Positions 36,713-45,080 of a DNA stretch of 46,558 nt are shown piece by piece. Location: contig JBIOTN010000054.1 of the NCBI GenBank assembly GCA_044866005.1, positions 1 to 46,558 of the forward strand, written 5' to 3'. Numbering within the stretch: the stretch's first letter is position 1; each line of letters opens with the position of its first letter. The stretch is from Candidatus Rokuibacteriota bacterium (GTDB lineage: Bacteria > Methylomirabilota > Methylomirabilia > Rokubacteriales > DASRDR01). The translations under genes and the position numbers were made by a program. The notes under the pieces are model-generated. The model searched no databases. It saw only the letters and a program-made list of their open reading frames with translations, and was not told where the DNA came from.

Positions 36713-38239
36713 TTACTCGCGGGCGCCGGCTTCGAGGAGGGCCTGCTCGGCGGCGGGCTGGCGGAACTGGCGGGCGTAGCCCAGCGCGGTCTTGCCCTCG
36801 CGGTCGCGCGCGTGGACGTCGGCGCCGGCGCGGGCCAGGAACCGCACGACCTCGGCGTGGCCGTTGCTCGCGGCCGACATGAGCGGCGTGTAGCCGCTTC
36901 CGCCCTTCGCGTGGACCTCGGCGCCGGCGGCCACCAGGACCTTCACCGCCTCGAGGTGGCCGAAGGCCGCGGCCTGGCCGAGCGCGGTCCGCTCGGCGGC
37001 GTCCTTCAGGCGCGGGTCGGCGCCGGCGGCGAGGAGCCGGCGCACGAGCTCGACGTGGCCGCGCCCGGCCGCCGCCCGGAGCGGCTCGCCCCCGGACTGG
37101 TTCACGTCCGCGCCCGCCTGGAGCAGGACCTCCGCGATCCCGGCGTGGCCGCCCGCGGCCGCCGCGCCGAGGAGCGCGTGCTTGGAGGTCTTGACGGCGG
37201 CGCCGGCGTCGACGAGCGCCCGGACGAGGTCGAGGTTCCCGCGCTGGACGGCCTCGAGCAAGGGCTCCCGGATCGCCCGCGGTCCGCCGTTCGGGTCGGC
37301 GCCGGCGCGGAGGAGCGCGACCGCCGCCTCGGTTTCCCCCCGCACGGAAGCCATCCCGAGCGCCGTGTCCCCGAAGCGGTTCCGAGCGTTCGGGTCGGCG
37401 CCGGCCTGGAGCGCCGCCTGCACCCCCCCGGCGTCCTTCCGCTGGAGGGCGTCGAGCAGCGCGGCGTCGTTCCGCCCTTCCCCCGGCGCGCCGCTGCCGC
37501 GGAGCAGATCCGCGACGGCCGTGTGCCCCTCGGCGATCGCCCAGCGGAGCGGGGTCCAGCCGGCGCGCTGGTCGCGGGCCGCGGGGTCCGCGCCGGCGGC
37601 GAGGAGGGCCGTCACGAGCCCGCCGTCGCCGAGGCGGGCCGCCAGGAGGAGCGGCGTCACGCCCTCCTGGTCGGCCGCGTTGACGTCGGCGCGCGCGGCG
37701 ACGAGGGCCTTCACGCTCTCGGCGTCGTGCCGGGCGACGGCGGCGTGGAGCGGCGTCCGGCGCTGGGGATACGAGCGCACGTTGACGTCCGCGCCGGCCT
37801 CGACGAGCAGGCGGATCATCCCCGGGCGCGACGCGACCGCGAGCGCGGTGTCTCCCAGGCGGCCGCCCAGCCGGACGTCGGCCCCGGCGGCGAGGAGGCG
37901 CCGCGCGACCGGCTCGTGCCCGCCCTGCGCGGCGTACATGAGCGGGGTCCAGCCGACGTCGTGCTTCGCGACCGGGGAGAAGAACTGGAGGATCGAGATC
38001 AGGACGGCGAGGTCGTTCGAGGGGACGCGGGCGTTGACCCTGGCGCCGTCCCGGATCAGACGGTCCACCGCGGCCTCGTCGCCGGCCGCGGCGGCGCGCA
38101 TGAGGGCCGTCGTGCCGTGCTCGTCGGTCTTCTCCTGGAAGGGGAGCCAGCCCCACCACCACGTGAGGAGCACGAGCAGCGCCCCGGCCACCAGCCCGAA
38201 GACGAGCCGCTCGCCGTAGCCCCGGCGATCGTGGGCCAT
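36713..38239 (-). CDS. Membrane-anchored ankyrin repeat protein
   Basis: N-terminal TM; more than 10 G.TPL..AA..G....V..LL..GAD.N repeats. Confidence 0.95.
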   Translation of the reverse strand: MAHDRRGYGERLVFGLVAGALLVLLTWWWGWLPFQEKTDEHGTTALMRAAAAGDEAAVDRLIRDGARVNARVPSNDLAVLISILQFFSPVAKHDVGWTPLMYAAQGGHEPVARRLLAAGADVRLGGRLGDTALAVASRPGMIRLLVEAGADVNVRSYPQRRTPLHAAVARHDAESVKALVAARADVNAADQEGVTPLLLAARLGDGGLVTALLAAGADPAARDQRAGWTPLRWAIAEGHTAVADLLRGSGAPGEGRNDAALLDALQRKDAGGVQAALQAGADPNARNRFGDTALGMASVRGETEAAVALLRAGADPNGGPRAIREPLLEAVQRGNLDLVRALVDAGAAVKTSKHALLGAAAAGGHAGIAEVLLQAGADVNQSGGEPLRAAAGRGHVELVRRLLAAGADPRLKDAAERTALGQAAAFGHLEAVKVLVAAGAEVHAKGGSGYTPLMSAASNGHAEVVRFLARAGADVHARDREGKTALGYARQFRQPAAEQALLEAGARE

Positions 38240-38248
38240 GGGTCGCCC

Positions 38249-38635
38249 TCAGCCGCGCCGGCGGGCGCGGACGGCCCGCGCCGTCAGGACGAGCATCCAG
38301 GCCGCCACGATCAGGAGCCCGCCGAGCTCGCGGCTCTCCTCGATCGCCGGGTTCTCGGCCTTCATGGAGCGGACGAGGTCGGCGAGCACGAACCGGGGGA
38401 GGACCGTGGGGGCCATCGTCGCGGCCCACCCGAGCGCGACCGCCGCCACGGCGGCGGGGAGGAGCCAGTGGGCGGGCGCCCGCCACACCAGGAGGCACCC
38501 CGCCATCGCGCCGAGGTAGAGCGGCATCCAGAGCTCGGGGTCGGGGTCGTTGTACTGGAGGGCGGCGGCGACGAGGAAGAGCGCGGCGAGGGCGAGGTTC
38601 GCCAGGTCGAAGCCCGCGGGATGCCGCTCGGCCAT
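38249..38635 (-). CDS. Transmembrane-220 family protein
   Basis: LQYNDPDP.LW..LY and EESRELGGL motifs. Confidence 0.85.
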   Translation of the reverse strand: MAERHPAGFDLANLALAALFLVAAALQYNDPDPELWMPLYLGAMAGCLLVWRAPAHWLLPAAVAAVALGWAATMAPTVLPRFVLADLVRSMKAENPAIEESRELGGLLIVAAWMLVLTARAVRARRRG

Positions 38636-38663
38636 GGCGGAGGGCGTGCCGGAGCTCTGCGGG

Positions 38664-39479
38664 CTAGGCACTGGCCACCGGCACGGCCACCCGCGGCGCG
38701 CCGACGGCCTGCTTCATCAGCACGCGGCCGAGGGCGCGCGCGACCGCGCGGCGCGGCAGGCTTGGCCGGACGCGGCGGTAGATCGTGTCGAAGACGGCGC
38801 GCGTGGCGTCGGGGAGCATGGGCGCGATGGCCTCGTACCGCGAGGGGACCCCGATCATCTCGCCGAGGACCAGGATGTTCCGCGCGTGCTTCGTGAGGTC
38901 CGGCGAGGGCCCGGCGTGGGCCGCCTCGACCGCGCGGCCGAAGGCCTCCAGGAGCTCGCGGCGCTCGGCGAAGGCGAGGCCCATGATCCGGTAGGCCTTG
39001 CTCATGTAGGCCAGGTGCAGGCGCTTCTCCGCGTCCGTGAGCGGGGCGCACTGCTTCTCCACGTCCTCCAGCAGGGTCCACCCGAAGTAGGTCATCATCC
39101 AGGGCGGGATCGCCAGGCGCTGGTGCCGCGTCATGATCCCCTGGAGCGCCTGCCGCACGCGCGGGCCGGAGATGCCGCCGGTCGGCTCCTTTCCCGAGTC
39201 CGTCACCTCCCGGATGAAGAGGTCCGTCTGGTAGAACGACTGCGCCATCGAGCGGAAGGACTGGAAGCGGGGCGGGTAGGCCGTGTCGTGGGTGACGATG
39301 AAGTCGCGCAGCAAGAAGAAGTTGAGGTAGGCGGCGATCCCCGGGCGGTAGCCGCACCGGAACCAGAGGCGGCTCACGAGCGCCAGCTCCTCGGGGAACG
39401 CCGGGCCGAGCAGCGCCGGGTCGAACCGCGCGTAGGGCGGGTCGAGCTGGCGGTAGAGGGTCAGGTAGTCGTCGGCCAT
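38664..39479 (-). CDS. Hypothetical protein, MpaB/rubber-oxygenase (DUF2236)-like
   Basis: IMTRH, LTDAEK...Y.....RIMGL resemble that fold; clearly coding. Confidence 0.55.
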   Translation of the reverse strand: MADDYLTLYRQLDPPYARFDPALLGPAFPEELALVSRLWFRCGYRPGIAAYLNFFLLRDFIVTHDTAYPPRFQSFRSMAQSFYQTDLFIREVTDSGKEPTGGISGPRVRQALQGIMTRHQRLAIPPWMMTYFGWTLLEDVEKQCAPLTDAEKRLHLAYMSKAYRIMGLAFAERRELLEAFGRAVEAAHAGPSPDLTKHARNILVLGEMIGVPSRYEAIAPMLPDATRAVFDTIYRRVRPSLPRRAVARALGRVLMKQAVGAPRVAVPVASA

Positions 39480-39571
39480 GCCCCGGCATCTTGCCGCAGG
39501 TCCGGCCCGCCTGGCAAGAAATCCGCGCGGGCCGGATGCCGGGCGCGGGCCGGCATCCCCCTGGTCGCCAC

Positions 39572-39961
39572 TCAGGCGATCTCGAACTCGTCACACGCCG
39601 AGGCCTGGCAATCGGTCAGGCGGTAGACGACGAAGGGCTCGTCCGACACCTTGCACCGGCACGTGACGCGGACCTTGATGCAGAGCGTGAAGCGACCCCG
39701 CCCGCCCGTGATCTTGGCTCGTCCACCGGTCGGCTCCGGCTGCGTGACCGTGACGGGCGCCGCCGGCGTCAGCTTGAGGTTGTTGCCCCCCTGCTGCTCC
39801 AGGCTCCATTCGTAGGTCGTGCGCCACTCGCAGCCCTCGCCGTTGCACCGCGGCTCCTTCGTGAACTGCGGCGCGAAGTACGTGTGGTCCGGCGCGGCGC
39901 CCTGGGTGCCCCCGACCCCGACCAGCGCGATCGGATAGACGACGGGCGGCGGGGTTGTCAA
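39572..39961 (-). CDS. Cys-rich beta-rich small protein or gene remnant (about 129 aa)
   Basis: 3' part of the 39572..40645 ORF reads as real protein (RCNGEGCEW...LCIKVRVTCRC...DCQASAC); TTG start only. Confidence 0.5.
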   Translation of the reverse strand: MTTPPPVVYPIALVGVGGTQGAAPDHTYFAPQFTKEPRCNGEGCEWRTTYEWSLEQQGGNNLKLTPAAPVTVTQPEPTGGRAKITGGRGRFTLCIKVRVTCRCKVSDEPFVVYRLTDCQASACDEFEIA

Positions 39962-39987
39962 GGACTCGGGTCGGCCGGGTCGGTCCG

Positions 39988-41151
39988 CTACACGGGTTCC
40001 AGGCCGTAGAGCGTCGCGGCGTTGCCGGCGAGGATGGCGCGCCCGGCCGCCCCCGCCTCGTCGCCCGTCAGGTCGCCCCGCTCGACCAGCCAGCCGAGCG
40101 CTTCGCCGATCGTCGCCCGGCCCCACTCCGCGGCGAGCGCGAAGAGCTCGGGGAGGGCGCGGACGTCCGAGCCGTAGAGGAGCTTGGTGGCGGGTGCGAG
40201 CGCGAGCGTCTCGATCAGGCTCGGCAGGAGCGCGCGCCCGAGAAAGGGGAGCGCGAGCGAGAGGTCCACGTAGACCTGGGGCCAGACGGCCGCCATGAAG
40301 GCGGCCTCGCGGGCGTAGGGGTAGGCGAGATGGAGGAGGACGAGCCGGACGTTCGCCCAGCGCAGATCCTCGAGGAGGGGGCGCAGCAGGAGCGGGTTGG
40401 CGGCGACGAGGTCGATGTCGGGGTCGCCGAAGCCGGTGTGGACCTGGACCGGGCGGCCCGTCGCCCGCGCCACGTCCAGGACCTCGTAGACCAGCGTGTC
40501 GAGGAGCGGCTTCTCCGTCAGTCGCGGCTTCCCCGCCTCCGCGCGCGCCACGGCCCGGCGATACGCGGCCATGACGTCGTCCCGGTCCCAGCGCCGGACG
40601 GCGAGCCCGGAGCGGTAGGCCACGACCGTCTTGAACGCCACGCACCGCTCCGCGGCGGATCGCAGCGCCCCCCGAAACGCTTCGAGGAACCAGTCCCAGG
40701 AGAGGTCGCGCCCGAGGAGCGATTCGGCGCAGGTCTCGATGCGGAAGACCTCGTGGAGCCGGCAGGGCAGGAGCTCGCGCATCCCGACGAGCGGCATCCC
40801 GCCGTCGGGCGGATACCCGGTGTCGATCAGGAGCGCGGCCACGCGCGCCTCGGCAAGCCAGCGCCGGGCCGCCTCGGGACCCGCGGCCTGCCGCGCGGCC
40901 AGGATCGCCGCCACGTCGGGCGCGGTCCCGAAGCGCGCGGCGAGGGCGCGGAGCGCCCGGTGATGGTAGGTCGTCTGCGCGACGTGGGCGGCCATCGCGC
41001 CTGCGCGGCCCTCGCTGAAGAGGTCCTGGAACGTCTCCGGCGAGACCGCCCAGGGGTCGGGCAGGAGCGGATGGCCGTGCCCGTCGATGACCGGGAGATC
41101 CGCGAGATCGACGGAGCTCAGGGCTCGCTCTGTCGCTCGAGGGCGTCCCAC
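39988..41151 (-). CDS. Amidohydrolase_2 family protein (FluG/NodGS N-terminal type)
   Basis: IDGHGH, LLIDTGY, FKTVVAYRSGL, QVHTGFGDPD, LLHLAYPY, LYGSD. Start uncertain. Confidence 0.9.
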   Translation of the reverse strand: MGRPRATERALSSVDLADLPVIDGHGHPLLPDPWAVSPETFQDLFSEGRAGAMAAHVAQTTYHHRALRALAARFGTAPDVAAILAARQAAGPEAARRWLAEARVAALLIDTGYPPDGGMPLVGMRELLPCRLHEVFRIETCAESLLGRDLSWDWFLEAFRGALRSAAERCVAFKTVVAYRSGLAVRRWDRDDVMAAYRRAVARAEAGKPRLTEKPLLDTLVYEVLDVARATGRPVQVHTGFGDPDIDLVAANPLLLRPLLEDLRWANVRLVLLHLAYPYAREAAFMAAVWPQVYVDLSLALPFLGRALLPSLIETLALAPATKLLYGSDVRALPELFALAAEWGRATIGEALGWLVERGDLTGDEAGAAGRAILAGNAATLYGLEPV

Positions 41152-41273
41152 GCCGCCGGGACGCGAAGGCGGGCGGCGGCGAGCGCGGCCACCAGAGCGC
41201 GGCGGCGCTGGCCGAGCTCGCCGGAGGTCACCCGAAGAGCCGAGACGCGGGGGCCGACGCCGGCCGAGCCGGT

Positions 41274-41702
41274 CTAGCTGGCCGCCCGACGAGGCTCGGA
41301 CACGCCGCCGGTCTCGCGGGCGTCCCCGGCGGATGCGGGCGCCACGGGGTTCCCCGGCTTGCGGATGCTCGGCGAGCCGGACGTCCGCTGCGCCTGCTGC
41401 GCTGGCTGCTCGGCGGGGTTGAGCACCGCGAAGCCGAGCACCGACATGAGCGCGCGGGCCGCGTCCGGCGTCGGCGCGCGGCGCTCGGCCTTCCGTCGAT
41501 CGGGCGTGGGGGCCTTGCCCCGGCCCTTGCGCCGGTCGCCGGTCCGCTCGTCGAGGATCACGCGGTATGCGCCGCGGCCTTCCTGGCGTGGCTTGAGGAA
41601 CTCGTAGAAGCTCTTCTGATCCTGAGAGAGGACGATCAGCGTGGCGACCGGTCTCGCCGTCTCGATCGGGGACTCGGAGCCTGCCGAACCGGAGGGCTTC
41701 AT
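41274..41702 (-). CDS. Small hypothetical protein with DRR/ERR repeats
   Basis: LIVLS...YEFL...RVILDERTGDRR...DRRKAERR...GFAVL; GGAGG upstream. Confidence 0.7.
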   Translation of the reverse strand: MKPSGSAGSESPIETARPVATLIVLSQDQKSFYEFLKPRQEGRGAYRVILDERTGDRRKGRGKAPTPDRRKAERRAPTPDAARALMSVLGFAVLNPAEQPAQQAQRTSGSPSIRKPGNPVAPASAGDARETGGVSEPRRAAS

Positions 41703-41964
41703 GGGTCACCGCCTCCAGGCGTGGAGGTTGTCCGAAGAGCCGGGCCCGACCTTACCCCGGGGGGACACTTCCAGAGTACGCCAGGAGCCGCCACGGCGGC
41801 AAGGCCGCGCCGACACGCCTCGGGCGACGCGGCACGCCGGCCCGCGCGGTCCATTCCTGACCAGCGGGCCGGCCACGCCGGCCAGGAAGCGGCCAGCCCA
41901 TCGGTCGCGTCCCCGTCGCGCAACTCGACGCGGGCACGGGCGTCCCCGGGGGGTCCGGCGCCGC

Positions 41965-41980
41965 TGGCGCGCTCGTTGCA
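41965..41980 (+). promoter_or_regulatory. Putative sigma54 (-24/-12) promoter
   Basis: TGGCGC-N5-TTGCA, about 110 nt upstream of the REC gene. Confidence 0.7.
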
Positions 41981-42087
41981 CCGTGTCCCCGGGACCCTCT
42001 GGAGCGCCCGCGGGCCCGGCCAGAAACGCGCCACGCAGCACGGGAGGCGACGGCCTCCGCCGCCGACAGGGAGAAGGAGCCGAGCGC

Positions 42088-42519
42088 ATGGAGCAGGAGG
42101 GGAAGACGCCGTGCGTGCTGGTCGCGGACGACGACGCGCGGGTCCGTGACCTGGTGTGCGAGGTGCTCGAGCACTCGGGCCTTCGCGTCGTTGCCGCGAG
42201 TAACGGGGAGGAGGTGCTCCGGCTCGTGGCGGCGCACCGGCCGGTGCTGATCGTGCTCGACGTCTTCATGCCGGGGATGGACGGGTACACGGCGATCGCG
42301 CGACTCCGGGGCGAGCGGGGCAGCGAGGACGTCCGCGTCATCGTCCTCACGGGACGGGACGAGCCGCTCTATCACACGCTCAGCGCGGGCGTCGGCGCGG
42401 TGGCGCATCTCACGAAGCCGGTCTCGCCCCGGCAGCTCGTGGAGACCGTCCACCGGGCCCTGGGCCTGGGCGCGCGGCGGGAGCGCCCCGCCGGAGGGCA
42501 GGCCCCTGCTCGGCCGTGA
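42088..42519 (+). CDS. Single-domain response regulator (CheY-like)
   Basis: VLVADDD, IVLDVFMPGMDG, VLTG, LTKP; AAGGAG RBS. Confidence 0.92.
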   Translation: MEQEGKTPCVLVADDDARVRDLVCEVLEHSGLRVVAASNGEEVLRLVAAHRPVLIVLDVFMPGMDGYTAIARLRGERGSEDVRVIVLTGRDEPLYHTLSAGVGAVAHLTKPVSPRQLVETVHRALGLGARRERPAGGQAPARP

Positions 42520-42541
42520 GGCCGCCGGCGGACCCGGGAGC

Positions 42542-44239
42542 GTGCGGGAGAAGGGCGAGCTCCTGCGCGTCCTGGTGGTCGACGACAACGCCCCGGTCCT
42601 GGAGTTCCTGGTCGAGGCGTTCACCGCGAACCGCTGTCTGGTGGCGTCCGCGGCCACGGCCGAAGAGGCGCTGGACCTCCTGTCGGACCGTCCCGTCGAC
42701 CTGCTGGTCGCCGACATCCGGCTGCCCGGGCTCAGCGGGCTCGACCTCTTGCGCGCCGCCCACGGCAAGCAGCCCGGGGTCAGCGTGGTCCTGATCACGG
42801 GGCAGCCCTCCGTCACCTCCGCCGTCTTCGGCGTCCGCCACCGCGCCTACGATTACCTCTCCAAGCCCGTCGCGCTGAAGGACGTGCAGGCGCTCCTGGA
42901 GCGGCTTCGGACGGACCGGGCGCACCGCGGAAGCCCCGAGCGCGAGCCGCCGGGGCGGGGCGCCGATCCCGGCCTCCGAGAGCTCGCGATGGAGGGCCTC
43001 TTCCGCATCGGCGAGTCGGCGTTCCAGGGGCTCGAGGCGGACGGCTTCCTCGACGTGGCGCTGGACTACGCGGTCCAGGGGCTCCAGAGCGAGGCGGTGC
43101 TGCTCCTCCTCGAGGACCACCAGGGGCAGACGATCCAGCGTCAGAAGGGCGATCGCGCGGTCAGCTCTCAGCTCCTCGGCCTGGTCGAGTCCGCGTTCGA
43201 CGAGCTCGGCCGGACGGGTGGGCAGGAGCCGCTGACCCTGACGGACGCGGGACAGCCGGTGGCGGCGCTCGCGGCGCTCCTGCCCGACGCCGGGGCCGTC
43301 CGGGGCGTGCTCTGCGCGGGCCGGGATGCGCGGCGAGGGGCCTTTCTGCCTCACGAGCGGACGTTCTTCCGCCATTACGCGCAGGCCATCGCGCTGGGGC
43401 TGCGGAACGTCCTGCTCGACAAGAATCTCGAGAGCAACCTGGCCGACACGATCTCCTTCTTCGTCACCGCGCTCGAGTCGAAGGACCCCTCGCTCAAGGG
43501 ACATTCCGCCCGCGTGTCGCTCTACGCCGGGGAGATCGCGAGGGCCCTGGATCTCGCCCCGGCCGACGTGACGGTGTGCCGCCGGGCGGGCCTGCTCCAC
43601 GACCTGGGGAAGCTCGTGCTGGTCGACGCGATCCTCCTGAAGCCGGGCCCGCTGACGCCCGAGGAGGCTGCCGTCGTCCGACAGCATCCCGTGATCGGCG
43701 CCAGGATCCTGCAGCGGCTCGGGTTCCTGGAGCACGAGGCGGAGGCCGTGAGGCACCACCTCGAGCGGTTCGACGGCGGCGGCGCCCCGGACGGGCTGGC
43801 CGGGGAGGAGATCCCGCTCGCGGCCCGCGTCGTGGCCGTGGCCGACGCCTTCGACGCCATGATGTCGTTCCGTCCCTACCGGCCCGCGCGGTCCCTGCCG
43901 GCCGCGCTCGCCGAGCTCATCCGGAAGGGCCGCGTCCAGTTCGATCCGGCGGTGGTCCGCGCCTTCACGACGGTTCCCGAGGCCCGCCTGGTCGAGATCA
44001 GCCGCTACTACGGGAACGCGGACGCCGCGGCGGAGCGGCCGACCCGGCCCGATCGCGACTCCTCGCCGCGCGGGACGGGGGGCGAGCGGGCGCTCCCGGC
44101 CGGCGACCGTCTCCCTCACGCGGGGCCGGCCCGGAACGAATCGCCCGTCGGCGCCGACCTCCTGGTCGTGCGCCGGCCGGGTGACCCGCTCGAGCCGTTG
44201 AAGCGGGCGATTCGCGGCGAGCTAGCCGGCTCCGGCTGA
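42542..44239 (+). CDS. REC + GAF-like + HD-GYP domain protein
   Basis: VVDDN/ADIRLP/SKP; KDPSLKGHSARV, LLHDLGK, HHLERFDGGGAPDGL, VADAFDAM, RPYR, QFDP. Confidence 0.92.
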   Translation: MREKGELLRVLVVDDNAPVLEFLVEAFTANRCLVASAATAEEALDLLSDRPVDLLVADIRLPGLSGLDLLRAAHGKQPGVSVVLITGQPSVTSAVFGVRHRAYDYLSKPVALKDVQALLERLRTDRAHRGSPEREPPGRGADPGLRELAMEGLFRIGESAFQGLEADGFLDVALDYAVQGLQSEAVLLLLEDHQGQTIQRQKGDRAVSSQLLGLVESAFDELGRTGGQEPLTLTDAGQPVAALAALLPDAGAVRGVLCAGRDARRGAFLPHERTFFRHYAQAIALGLRNVLLDKNLESNLADTISFFVTALESKDPSLKGHSARVSLYAGEIARALDLAPADVTVCRRAGLLHDLGKLVLVDAILLKPGPLTPEEAAVVRQHPVIGARILQRLGFLEHEAEAVRHHLERFDGGGAPDGLAGEEIPLAARVVAVADAFDAMMSFRPYRPARSLPAALAELIRKGRVQFDPAVVRAFTTVPEARLVEISRYYGNADAAAERPTRPDRDSSPRGTGGERALPAGDRLPHAGPARNESPVGADLLVVRRPGDPLEPLKRAIRGELAGSG

Positions 44240-45076
44240 CCGCGGCGAGTCCGCCGACCGGCCGGCCGCCCGGGGGTCCCCGCCGGCGGTGTCCGGCTTC
44301 ACCGCCAGGAACAGGTAGCGGTTGAGACTGAAGAAGTAGCTCCCGCGCTCGCCCCGGGTCCGGAGGTCCTCGAGCCATCCCGCGGCGTCGGCCGCCGACA
44401 CGCCCCGCCGCCCCACCACGAACGTCGCGATGATGCCCATGAGCCCGTGGCTGTAGGTGTCGGGATCGAAGTCGGGGTTGAGCAACGGGATGACCTGGCA
44501 GCGTTCCACGCGGAAGCCGGCTCGCTGGAGCCGCGAGCGGAGCGTCCGCGGCAGGTGCGGGTCCACGAGGTGCTCGCTCCAGGCGTCCAGGATCTGGTTC
44601 ATGCGGGCCGGGCTCCCGGAGTCCCAGACGATGGAGTCCCAGTCCGTGTCCACGACGAGGAGCCGGCCGCCCGGGCGGAGCACGCGGTGGGCGTCCCGGA
44701 GCGCGGCGTCGACGTCGGCGACGTACTCGTAGACTTGCGTCGAGACGGCCACGTCGAACTCGCCGTCGGGGAACGGAAGCTCGGTCGCGTCGCCCGCGCG
44801 GAAGTCCACCCACGGGAGCTCCGCGCAGCGCGCGCGCGACAGGGCGAGCATGCTCTCGCTGAGGTCCAGCCCGCTGACGCGACCGGCCGCGCCCACCCGC
44901 GTGGCCATCTCGTGAGCCAGCAATCCCGGTCCCGATCCGATATCGAGCACGCGCTCGCCTGGCCGGAGCTCGAGCACCCGGAGCGTGGCGTCGCGCTGCG
45001 CGACGACGTCGGGCGCCAGATACGTGGCCTCGACCCGTCGCGCGGCGTCCGCGTCGAACTGTAGCCGGCTGCTCAT
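44222..45076 (-). CDS. Class I SAM-dependent methyltransferase
   Basis: VLDIGSGPG, GLDLSESM, GDATELPF, RVLRPGG, DTDWDS. Confidence 0.92.
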   Translation of the reverse strand: MSSRLQFDADAARRVEATYLAPDVVAQRDATLRVLELRPGERVLDIGSGPGLLAHEMATRVGAAGRVSGLDLSESMLALSRARCAELPWVDFRAGDATELPFPDGEFDVAVSTQVYEYVADVDAALRDAHRVLRPGGRLLVVDTDWDSIVWDSGSPARMNQILDAWSEHLVDPHLPRTLRSRLQRAGFRVERCQVIPLLNPDFDPDTYSHGLMGIIATFVVGRRGVSAADAAGWLEDLRTRGERGSYFFSLNRYLFLAVKPDTAGGDPRAAGRSADSPRSAGAG

Positions 45077-45080
45077 CCGC

